A stretch of DNA of 64,000 nt from positions 1 to 64,000 of the forward strand of contig CAVYXJ010000001.1 in assembly GCA_963772455.1 (NCBI GenBank). Reading direction: 5' to 3'. The position numbers and the translations under genes were made by a program. The first letter of the stretch is position 1. Each line of letters opens with the position of its first letter. Below the pieces are notes generated by a model. That model was not told where the DNA came from, did no database searches, and saw nothing but the letters and a program-made list of their open reading frames with translations. Source of the stretch: Candidatus Bathyarchaeota archaeon. Lineage in GTDB: Archaea; Thermoproteota; Bathyarchaeia; Bathyarchaeales; Bathycorpusculaceae. Below are positions 31,471 through 41,034 of the stretch, one piece after another.

Positions 31471-32061
31471 TCAAGTTACTTCAACGGCTTTCTCTTCAAC
31501 AGTCAAAGTTTTCTTAGCATTTTCCTCGTAATTCAGACGCATACTATTCACGTATTCAATGAAGGTCATATCAACAACTAACCACTTAGATAACGGTGCT
31601 TCATATTCAGGCCATTTCACAATCACATTGATTTTTGAATGAAGCGTCTTCATCAACTTTATTTCAAGTCTGCCTGCTCCAGAACCAAATATTTTTTGAA
31701 TAATATCTGAAAACTCATTTATTTTAGTAGGAATTTCATCCTTGTTTATACTAAAATTAGTTTGAAGATGAAAATAAACTGCGTTCTTAACGGGTTCACC
31801 CAGAGACGATAATGTTTCATCAATTGTCTCCAGCAAAAGGTCATCAAATTCCGCTTCATATCCGCCTTTTTCAGATGGTAGGGCTCCTATTGTTACTCCG
31901 TCATCGACTTTTTGGGTGTTTAGCAACTCAAAACTGTTGTCAGTTGAATTATTTTTGTTGGTGGGGTTTGTTGTAGAGGCGGTTTGGAAATATTCTTCTG
32001 TTTCAGACATGTCTTCTTCTGTATAGTCTAATTTTTTTTTTGGATCGTTGCGTTTTGCCAT
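31471..32061 (-). CDS. DUF3227/NitrOD5-like protein (paralog 2)
   Basis: LLETIDETLSSLGEPVKNAVYFHL...F.I.K.EIP..I.EF....KIFGSGA..LE; aligns by eye with 28173-28496. Confidence 0.75.
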   Translation of the reverse strand: MAKRNDPKKKLDYTEEDMSETEEYFQTASTTNPTNKNNSTDNSFELLNTQKVDDGVTIGALPSEKGGYEAEFDDLLLETIDETLSSLGEPVKNAVYFHLQTNFSINKDEIPTKINEFSDIIQKIFGSGAGRLEIKLMKTLHSKINVIVKWPEYEAPLSKWLVVDMTFIEYVNSMRLNYEENAKKTLTVEEKAVEVT

Positions 32062-32198
32062 TGTGTCGCCTTTCTTTTTTGTTTTATTATTTGATTATGT
32101 AGATAAGGTTGATGAATTTTGGATTCATTATTTATTTTTAATATCTCGACTTGTATATAAATATTAATACTCAAGATACAATACTTTCAGGGCTAATG

Positions 32199-32256
32199 GG
32201 CCGTGATGCTTCAAACGGGGATGACTGGGAGGCTGAATGAAACACCAATCACGGCC
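32199..32256 (-). ncRNA. Candidate small structured RNA (GC-rich stem-loop); strand tentative
   Basis: Perfect 9-bp arms GGCCGTGAT/ATCACGGCC, extendable on the minus strand; C-rich loop; TATA-like element about 30 nt upstream on the minus strand (32288-32295). Confidence 0.4.
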
Positions 32257-32596
32257 AACCTTAACTACTCAAACAAACCAAAACAAATTTATATGATTTA
32301 TGAAGTCACAATACTTACTAATATAGATTAAACAGTGCCCAACAAAATCATACATTCTTCCTAAAACAAACTTCACAAAGTCCACTCCGCTCTCTTACTT
32401 ATATTTTCATAAAAATTTTCAAACAAACCAAACAACTTTATTGAACATACCTAAAGGGCAATCAACGCAAACCTGTTCCAGATTTCATCCTTAACAACAT
32501 TTTCATTTTCTTTTTTCAAAGTTTTCAAGGTTGTGTTTATCGACATATTTCAGTTATAGAAATATGCTTTAAGAAGTCAAAAAAGGATGAGGTTGC

Positions 32597-33178
32597 TTGG
32601 AAATGGCAGAAATGGCAGCAAACCCCGGTTCGAAAGATAAATCTTTAGAGGCTTTAGACTTTATAATTAATGTTCTAAAAGAACATGAACAAAATCTTGA
32701 CAAATCGATTAGCGAGTTTGCATCGGTAACTGAACAAATGGGAAATATAGATGTATTAAATGGCAGAGTAGAAAAAGTTGAAGAAAAAATAGGCAGCCTG
32801 CAAAAAGAAATAACGAACCTGATTGGAATCTTGTCAAATTCACCCAACTCATTTTCGACTGCATCAAAAAAACCTGACCTCCAAACAGAGGCAATAACTT
32901 CAGCAACAGTTGCAATGGTTCAAAGTGGACCTTTGGTGACTTTGCATTGCAAACAATGGAAAGACTTTCAATCTTTAGCCATGAATGCACAAAAACTTTC
33001 TTTTAACTTCAAAGAGACTGAGAAAGTCTTCCAGGTTGAAGCCCTTAAAGGAAATCAATTGGTTCTTTTTTCAGGGATTCTTCCAAACTTCGCCATAATC
33101 ATTAAAACCTGGTTGTCTAAGCAAATTGCCATTGTTGAAGGAAATGTTATAGAAGGCTCCTTAAACCTCCAAAAATAA
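32597..33178 (+). CDS. Hypothetical protein with an N-terminal coiled coil
   Basis: 193 aa ORF with SD-like gaggt; heptad-rich ALDFIINVLKEHE...KEITNL. Confidence 0.7.
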   Translation: MEMAEMAANPGSKDKSLEALDFIINVLKEHEQNLDKSISEFASVTEQMGNIDVLNGRVEKVEEKIGSLQKEITNLIGILSNSPNSFSTASKKPDLQTEAITSATVAMVQSGPLVTLHCKQWKDFQSLAMNAQKLSFNFKETEKVFQVEALKGNQLVLFSGILPNFAIIIKTWLSKQIAIVEGNVIEGSLNLQK

Positions 33179-33249
33179 TTTTTTTTATCACTAACTATCT
33201 GAAGAAAATCATTGAAGTTTGAAATAAGAATCTTTAATAAATTAAATTT

Positions 33250-34417
33250 TAATTAAATTACATGAATTTTGCCTTTAGACCCATTTGTGGTTCGCCCACC
33301 AAAAAAGAGCTTTACTCCATACGGGTTAACCATCTATACCACGCCATTTCTGCAGTCGATGAAGAAACAAATCTTGTCGCCAACCGTCTGGCTTGAACTT
33401 GGCGAATTGCTATATCTGACTTCAAATTTGATTCATAATGCAAAAGTGCTTCCTTAACATTTGAATTAGTTTTCAATTCGTTTGATTGAAAGTACAAAAG
33501 CCTCCGACATTGCCATAGAAGCCCCTTGTCCAGCAAGAGGACTCAAGCATGCCCAAGCATCACCAATAAGGCATACTCGATTTTTCGTCCAATTCTCCAT
33601 CTGAATTTGCTCTAGTACATCAAAAAACCCTATGCTTTCATTGGGCATGCTCTGAATTACTTCTTGATTTACCCATTTTGACCCCTCATACATGCTCTGT
33701 AAAACACTTTTATAATTTTCTTTGGGAACTCTTTCAATATTAGTGCTTGGAAAAACAGAAAAACACAATCCATTGCTTTTTCATTTACCGGATAATAAAT
33801 CGCTGAGCGTTTGGGTTCCTGAAAGATTTTAATGCTATTTCCAATTTCTTCTCCATATTTAGATTGAAATGCAGCTATGCAATAACCTAAGTTGCGTCTG
33901 AATTGTTGTTCTTGACCAAAAACCATTTTTTCTCACACCTGAATGTACCCCATCTGCTCCAACAACAAGATCATACTCATCTGTATTGCCATTTTGCAAT
34001 GATACAGTAGCTAAATCTGGTGTTTGATTGATTTTTACAATTTGCTGGTCATATTTAATGTCGATTGAAAGTTCTTTTGAGCGTTCAAGCAATATGTGCT
34101 CAAGGTCGGGTCTTCTTAGGTATGTGTATTCTTCTCTAAATCCTTTTTTTACAAGATCAAGACCCACTTTGAAATATTTTCCCTGATTTGTCTACATATT
34201 GGAAGTCTTGGGCTGGATACTTGATTTCCTTGATCGGATTGAGGATTTTCATTTTTTCTGCTGTTTTCCAGCTGTTTCCAAAAAAAGCAATCATGTAACC
34301 GCTTTTTCGTTCGCTATCTGCCTTTTCTACGACGTCGACTTCCCAACCGGAATCCCCAAGGCAGCAAGCTAAGGTGAGCCCAGCTATTCCTGAACCAGAA
34401 ATCAGGACTCGTTTCAT
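33250..34417 (-). pseudogene. FAD-dependent monooxygenase, heavily fragmented
   Basis: VLISGSGIAGL, RRPDL, DLVVGADGVHSGVR and LIGDA.ACLSPLAGQGASMA are spread over at least 5 frame segments; 3' end approximate. Confidence 0.8.
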
Positions 34418-34587
34418 GTTAATGTCTATTTTACTTAGGGTATAAAAAGAAATTTTTGAAGATTGATTTTCTTTTGAAGTGTTTCTTAGGTCTCTTTTTG
34501 GACATATGTCGTGTTTTGATATATTTTGTTTTTTGAAACTCAGTTTAAAAGCATGGAATCGTAATATATCATAGTGAGGATTGGAAC

Positions 34588-34737
34588 ATGAATTTACTCA
34601 AGAAAATTAACCGAAGTATCTCTATTCTTGCAATCGCTTCATTATCTGGGCTGGAGACCAAAGAACGCAACAGGCGACTTGATGAAAGAATAAAACGCTG
34701 CGAAGAAAAGCGAAATGATCTTGTTCTAAAGAGCTAG
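34588..34737 (+). CDS. Small basic hypothetical protein (49 aa)
   Basis: gtgagga SD-like sequence then MNLLKKINRSISILAIASLSGLETKERNRRLDERIKRCEEKRNDLVLKS*. Confidence 0.4.
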   Translation: MNLLKKINRSISILAIASLSGLETKERNRRLDERIKRCEEKRNDLVLKS

Positions 34738-34878
34738 AAAATTCATTTATCAGAGTAATCGTTATTGATCTGTAAATGATTGTTTTTTATGTTTTTTTGT
34801 TTTTAATGTGTATTAGTGTTGTTCTGTAGTTTCTATGTATTGCCATCAGATAACGTTTATTAAGACTTAATACACAAT

Positions 34879-35355
34879 TTGTTTTTGAGAGCAACAAAAA
34901 TGTTAAAACGCAAAATACCAATATCAGTATTCGCCCTAACACTTGTAGCCATAGCCTTATCAGCCACAACCTACGGAGCAATTTCGGTCAATAAAAGTCT
35001 ACTAACCAACGGCTCAATAAATGTAACACCAAACTTAGGCCTATACTCTAACGTCGGCTGCACTACTGGACTTGCATCACTAGATTGGGGCGCAATAACA
35101 GCAGGCAACAACATAACTAAAACAGTCTATGTCAAGAACACAGGATCTGGCACATCATTAACATTGAGCCTTTCAACAAGCAATTGGACCCCAACTAATG
35201 CAAATGGACCTATAGCAATAAGCTGGGACAAAGAAGGTACAAGACTTTTACCAGGACAATCAACCACAGCAATCATAACATTAACATCTTCATCAAGTAT
35301 AGTTGATATAACAAATTTCAGCGTACAAATACTAATCTCAGGAAACGCTCAATAA
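34879..35355 (+). CDS. Small secreted beta-rich protein without anchor (possible TasA/camelysin-like fibre subunit)
   Basis: Signal peptide ending ATTYGA; DWG.I.AG...KTVYVKNTG motif; T-rich terminator after the stop; real start probably ATG 34900. Confidence 0.6.
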   Translation: MFLRATKMLKRKIPISVFALTLVAIALSATTYGAISVNKSLLTNGSINVTPNLGLYSNVGCTTGLASLDWGAITAGNNITKTVYVKNTGSGTSLTLSLSTSNWTPTNANGPIAISWDKEGTRLLPGQSTTAIITLTSSSSIVDITNFSVQILISGNAQ

Positions 35356-35385
35356 TCTTATTTTTTTTTCTATTTTTTTGTTTAA
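35356..35385 (+). terminator. Archaeal oligo-T terminator
   Basis: tttttttttctatttttttg directly after the stop codon. Confidence 0.55.
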
Positions 35386-36052
35386 TTGAATTGCAGATTT
35401 TTTCATTTTTATATTTTGGCTTTCGTGATTCTTTCCAAATTTTTTACGTTTACAAAAAAAACGAGTAACCTTTACAGTTTTATTGAAACAAGCACGAAGA
35501 GTAAAGAGAATTTTGGCTTAAAAATTACTAAGATCAAGAATCAAGACAATGGCTCGTAATTTGGGCTTTGATTGTTTCACATTCCAGGAACAATGATGCA
35601 CAAAATTTAAAAGATGGTTCAATTAAAAGAGGTGGCTAATATAGAAACAAGCATGAAAAACTTTGATTTAAATAGATTTTATGCTTCTTATCCACTTCTG
35701 TTAGGAAGGGATCACCTAGTAAAAATCTTGAGAATTGGTTTGTCAAAAGTTTATAGATGGAAAAAAAATGCTGTTAATATCGGATTTTTCTACCATTTGA
35801 CCATTGACTGGCACTTATTATTTGGATCAAGAAGCAACATTACTAAAACAGGTTGCAACACAATCAATACATCAAGGCTGAATCATTTTATAACGACCCT
35901 TGAGAAAATTAAATTGAGTTACCCAAACACAAATATGAGAAAAAGTTATATATAAAAAATTAGGAAGGATTTGCAAATATATATCCAATTATTGAATATC
36001 GTCTTAAATAAGACTCCCCAATCACTGTATATTGTAAAGGCGTGCTGATTGT

Positions 36053-36772
36053 TTGATCAAAGCTGAAAAACAGAGTTTCTTCTCAACGCAAATAATCATA
36101 GCTGCGTTAAACGAGGAAGAAGGCATAGGTCTTACAATTGGAGAGCTTAACGATATCCTTGGGTGCCCACGTATTTTGGTGGTTGACGGAAGAAGCACAG
36201 ATCGAACTTCGGAGATAGCCAAGAATTTAGGCGCCGAAATTACTCTGCAAGATGGCTTAGGAAAGGGCGATGCAATAGCCAAGGCTATTGAGCATATCGA
36301 TTCAACAGTTAAATATATTGTCCTCACAGACGCCGACTACACCTACCCAGCCCAATATGTACCTGAGATGATTCAAATTTTAGAGAACAATCCTAAAGTA
36401 GGCATGGTTTGCGGTAACCGGTTCATTGGTTACGAAGAAAAAACAGCACTAAGCAGTATTTTTTACGTGGGTAACCGGTTCATAGCATTCGCACACAACT
36501 TGTTAAACGGGGTGTCATTAGCTGACCCACTTACCGGGTTACGCGTAGTTCGAGCTGAAATTCTTAGAAAATGGCAGGTACAGTCCAAGGGTTTTGATGT
36601 TGAAGTTGAACTCAATCATCATGTAGAACGAGAAGGCTTTGGCATTGCGGAGGTTCCTATTAATTATCGCGAAAGACGGGGCCAGAAAAAACTAGGTGTC
36701 AAGAATGGTGCCGAAATTTTTAAACGCATAATGCTAGAATTCGTAAATGAAAACAGTAAAAGAATTGCATAA
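36053..36772 (+). CDS. GT2 glycosyltransferase, DPM1/AglJ-like
   Basis: IIAALNEEEGI, VVDGRSTD.T, GKGDA, DADYTYP, D.LTGLR and GFDVEVE. Confidence 0.92.
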   Translation: MIKAEKQSFFSTQIIIAALNEEEGIGLTIGELNDILGCPRILVVDGRSTDRTSEIAKNLGAEITLQDGLGKGDAIAKAIEHIDSTVKYIVLTDADYTYPAQYVPEMIQILENNPKVGMVCGNRFIGYEEKTALSSIFYVGNRFIAFAHNLLNGVSLADPLTGLRVVRAEILRKWQVQSKGFDVEVELNHHVEREGFGIAEVPINYRERRGQKKLGVKNGAEIFKRIMLEFVNENSKRIA

Positions 36773-37032
36773 AACAAAATATTTTACCATTTTACAACAA
36801 CTTTTACCTTAGTTTGAATAATCCATTAGTTTTTGAAGATAAAATGTAAACTTTTAGAAATACCATATTAAAATGAGCTCTAAGTTCAGCACTTTTCTTG
36901 AATTAAGGACGGTTTGATTTCACTGATAACAAAACAAACCTTAAAAAAAATCCAACTCTTTTTTATCTAGTCAAAACACTTTGCCCAAAAGACTTTTCTG
37001 AATCTGTTTTAATTAATGAAATTATCAAACCA

Positions 37033-37725
37033 ATGAATATGATTTGTAAAGATTTTTTTGAATTCTCTTGGCGAGTGTTGACTATAAGGCGGAGCATTGA
37101 CCCAAGATTACTTACGATAAGTAACCCCAGTCGCTCAAGTTTCCTCTATAATAACCATCCGTTGTGTGCGAACGAGGCAATAGTTTTGGGGTCAAGTAAT
37201 GTTTTAGCACTTGTGGCATTGTCCATGGTTAGGACTATATATCCGCTGGGTATTGTGACCCTTATGATATCTGTTAATGCGTTTTGAAATCGTGGAACCA
37301 AGGAATTACACCTGAACCAATAATCAAATCAAACGTTTGGGTTCCATAGGATAGCTCATGGACATGTCCTGTGCAGGCGTTAATCGGGTTCAAAATGCCT
37401 TTTTATTTCGCATGTTTCAATGTTGGATCGAGCATTGCCAGAGTGTGGTCAATAGCTTCGATATCAAATCCTCTTTTTGCGAGAGCTGGTTGTCATGAAT
37501 CCTGCGCCGCCACCCATTTCAAGAATACGGGCAGTTTTTGGGCGAAATAACCAGTCAACATAACTGAGAGCGGCGGCTTGTCGTCATTGGTAGATGATTT
37601 CTAAAAATGTCTTTTTCTTTGTAAGCGTCCATCCAAAACGTTGCCTGAGTATCGAAAAATATATCCAAAAAGCTCCTACTGATGAGTTCTGTTTGCCTTG
37701 GATGAAAGCCAATTCTGTTACATCA
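37033..37725 (-). pseudogene. Class I SAM-dependent methyltransferase pseudogene
   Basis: Minus-strand fragments RILEMGGGAGFMT, LAKRGFDIEAIDH, DVHELSY..QTFDLII..GVIPWFHD and RV..PSGYIVLT, broken by stops and frameshifts. Confidence 0.7.
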
Positions 37726-37965
37726 TACGATACCTATTCAACTAAACTAACGATAAACTATCATGACTTTTAACCATTCTTAGTTTTTGCTCTATGAGTG
37801 TCCCGGAAAAAACTACTAATATAAACTATAATTTCAAAGTAAATATCTTTGCGTATCCTTCTCCTTAATGAACACGGTTGATTTTGTGCATTGCGATGAG
37901 AGTTTTTCTATTTTGGTTTAACTTGGCAAAAATTAAATAGATACATCCCAGAGAAGAAAGATAGG

Positions 37966-39934
37966 GTGAGGTTGCTGAAGTTAGTTGCTTTAGTGATTGC
38001 TTTTGTCCTAATCCTGTCCTTTTTTTTGAATTTAGCCTTTATTAGTTTCAATGAAAATATTGCAGAAAGTGAAAAAAGTGAGTACAACTGGTCAGTTGGC
38101 GACCCTTTTCCCGCTTTAGATGGACATAATATATATCCGCCATTAGGATCTTCTCCTTTAGCTTCGACAGAAGCGCACTGGTATGCCGGAAGTGTCTGCA
38201 CTTGGTTCTCAAACCACAGTGCACGATCAATCGACATGACTATTACAATACCTTATTCCGCACCTAGAACTGACGAATTTTACTATGTTTTACTTTCTGT
38301 TTGGGATACCGCTGGAAGCTACAATCAGATTGGATTTTCCAATTTTTATGGCACTTGGGGATTAGTCTATTCATGGACAACAGGTCCTGTGAACAATCTG
38401 ACTTTCCATTATACTCCAAACGCACTTGCATTATCACTGGGAACTACATACACTTTTGACATTACCACTCAAAGTGGTATTAGCAGTTTTACTGCATATC
38501 AAGAGTCCAATCAGATTTGGTCTTTGAATGCACCAACTGGCGGAAACTACTTGATTTTGTCAACAAACTACGCGGGATCCCTTAACTATGCGAATTATGA
38601 GGAAATTTGGTATACCTCAGTCTCAGGCGGCTCCCCAGCTTTCGATTTCCACTTCTCACAGAATAACTGGGTTTCCCTCGATGGACAAATTAGCTCTTCA
38701 ACCAATTGGAGGACCTATTATTACCAATCGCCAAATGACGTAGCAGTAGTAATTTCAAGCAGCGATGTGCTGGTAGATAATCCTACCGGAACAGTGTTAT
38801 TCGAGACAAATCCTAACTCTGGAGCAACCGTTACATTCAACGGTTTAGCATACACTTCTGGGCAAACCCAGGTCCTTTCTTCAGACAACTATAATGCTGT
38901 CGCAAACGCCCCCTTAGGTTATGAGTTCGATCATTGGGAATGCAGTGGTTATTATGGAAAGGGCGTCTACGTTCTCAATTCGGTACAAAACTCAGCTACA
39001 GTTCAAGTTCACGGCGACGGCTTCATCAAAGCCATATTCGCCCTATCTACCATACCAACTCCTACTCCAAAACCATCACCAACCCCATCACCAAGCCCTA
39101 CTCCTACTGCTTCGCCTACTCCTTCTCCTACCCCTTCACCGTCACCTTCTCCATCTCCCTCTCCCTCTCCATCCCAGTTTCCAACACCTACTATAACATT
39201 AACTCCAACTTCGTCTCCTTCTCCTAGCCCATCACCAAGCCCTACTCCTACTGCTTCGCCTACTCCTTCTCCTACCCCTTCACCGTCACCTTCTCCATCT
39301 CCCTCTCCATCCCAGTTTCCAACACCTACTCTAACATTAACTCCAACTGCGTCTCCTTCTCCTAGCCCATCACCAAGCCCTACTCCAACTGATTCTCCCT
39401 CCCCTCCTGTTACTTCAACACCAACCCAAGTGCCCACAACCGCTCCAACTCCAATACCCACTCCTGCAACCTCAACGCCACCTCTTAACACAGTTGTTAC
39501 GCCTATACCAACCCCATCAAATACGCCGATGCCTATCTCTCCAGAATTAGAGTTAACGTCTTCTTTTGGTAATGGGAGTGAGGTGAAGTCGATCTTCGCT
39601 TCAAATTAGTTGGAAAACAACCAATGCAGCTACGACTGTGGATCACTATGAAATTAAGCTTGACAATAGCGTCTGGACAAATATAGGAACTCAGACTCTG
39701 TACACATTTACTGGGTTAACTGATGGAAACCATACCTTTAGCATAAAGCCTGTTAGTGCAGGCAAGGTCAGTCAAACTTACTCATTAAACGTTATAGTAG
39801 CCGCAACAGCTGAACAAGCATTCCCACTAATGTACGTAGGATTGGCGGTAGCAATATTCGCAGTAGTAACAGCAGCTTTTCTTGTACTAAAAATTGTTAG
39901 AAAGCGACCAAAGCTTCAATTAGAGAAAAGCTGA
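37966..39934 (+). CDS. Secreted protein with a beta-rich N-terminal domain, PS/PT stalk, FN3-like domain and C-terminal anchor; frameshift near 39590-39610
   Basis: Signal peptide and long PSPT linker; ORF 39638-39934 supplies DHYEIKLD...YTFTGLTDGNHTF plus TM and RKRPK. Confidence 0.75.
39084..39386 (+). repeat. Near-perfect tandem duplication (144- and 138-bp units) in the stalk
   Basis: cccatcaccaagccctactcc recurs at 39084, 39228 and 39366 with nearly identical intervening sequence. Confidence 0.85.
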
Positions 39935-40064
39935 ATCATTCTGACTTTTTTCTGATGGAAGACCAGTATTAATCTTCGTGACGTTCTTTGTAGATGAAAA
40001 TGGGAAATTCCATTACTTCAAAGTGCCAGCTCTTTTTTCTTTTCAGTTTGACAACAAAAAAAGT

Positions 40065-40328
40065 TTATTGTTTTTCTGGTAAAAATTGTTTATTTGATTG
40101 CCGGATTAATAATTGGTATATGTAAATAAAGTAGATTAGTGCAAAGGCTGTTAGAATTATTTCTGAGGAGAGTATCATTGGATTTTTCTCTACTGCCTTA
40201 AAATATCCTTGGTAGAGAATGCTTGAGAATGCTAAGATTTGGAGAAATATTGCCCCACCTATGCAGCTTAAGCCTAACCCGTGGAAGACGATGTTGATTC
40301 TTCGTTTTAAGGTTTCGTCCGAAATCAT
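40065..40328 (-). CDS. Small two-TM membrane protein
   Basis: Two hydrophobic helices around QGYFKAVEKNPMIL; TATA-like element at about 40362-40368. Confidence 0.7.
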   Translation of the reverse strand: MISDETLKRRINIVFHGLGLSCIGGAIFLQILAFSSILYQGYFKAVEKNPMILSSEIILTAFALIYFIYIYQLLIRQSNKQFLPEKQ

Positions 40329-40537
40329 ATTGTTCCTTTTGCAATTTGTTTTCTTAAGGCTTATACTTTATGAATTCAAAGTCATAATTTCTACTAACTC
40401 ACGATGAAAACTTGACTAAAAATCCTCTAATCAAATGTATTTCGTTCTCACACAAAATAAAGCCAAAGACTATAGAAGAACGCTTCAAACAACGTGCTAA
40501 AAGCAACAAATGTTTCCATTAGTTTAAATTAATTTAG

Positions 40538-40662
40538 AAGTTTGCACAATAATTTTTTTATCCTTTGAGTTCTAATTAATCTATTGAGTAGGGCTGTTAG
40601 AGATTTACGCACTTGGTTCGGTATCTTTGGAATCTGAGATGCCTACAACCGTCAAACTATTG
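40538..40662. repeat. About 125 bp imperfect copy of the IS end at 44371-44502
   Basis: Identical 23-mer ttctaattaatctattgagtagg at 40570-40592 and 44405-44427; flanks align with gaps. Confidence 0.8.
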
Positions 40663-41034
40663 TTGCCTAACCTTTATTTTTAGTTCAAGTATTGATATTC
40701 TCGGTAGGAGGCTATGCTCCACAATTTGGAAACTAAAGTAAACAAGAGACAAAGGACTCTTACAAATTATGCGGATCAGCCTTCTTAAGGTGTTATATAG
40801 CAATAAAAAATATCTTTCTATCTCATTTCCCTTGTTAACTCAAAGAGCTAAAGGAATTGGATTCATCATGATACACGGGAATTACAAAAAGCATATTTGC
40901 AGAACGAATCTGACGTGTCTTTTTGTTGTCAGGCTTCGCACACTACTTCAGTATAGAGTATTTGAAAAATTTTTATCTGAGGAATCCCTATCTTCTCCTT
41001 CTGTAGTTTATACTGAGAAAAGAGATGACTCACT

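Noticed and set aside
35614-35955. 113-aa ORF upstream of GT2
   Set aside because: No recognisable family; may be a decayed gene, but I cannot assign it.
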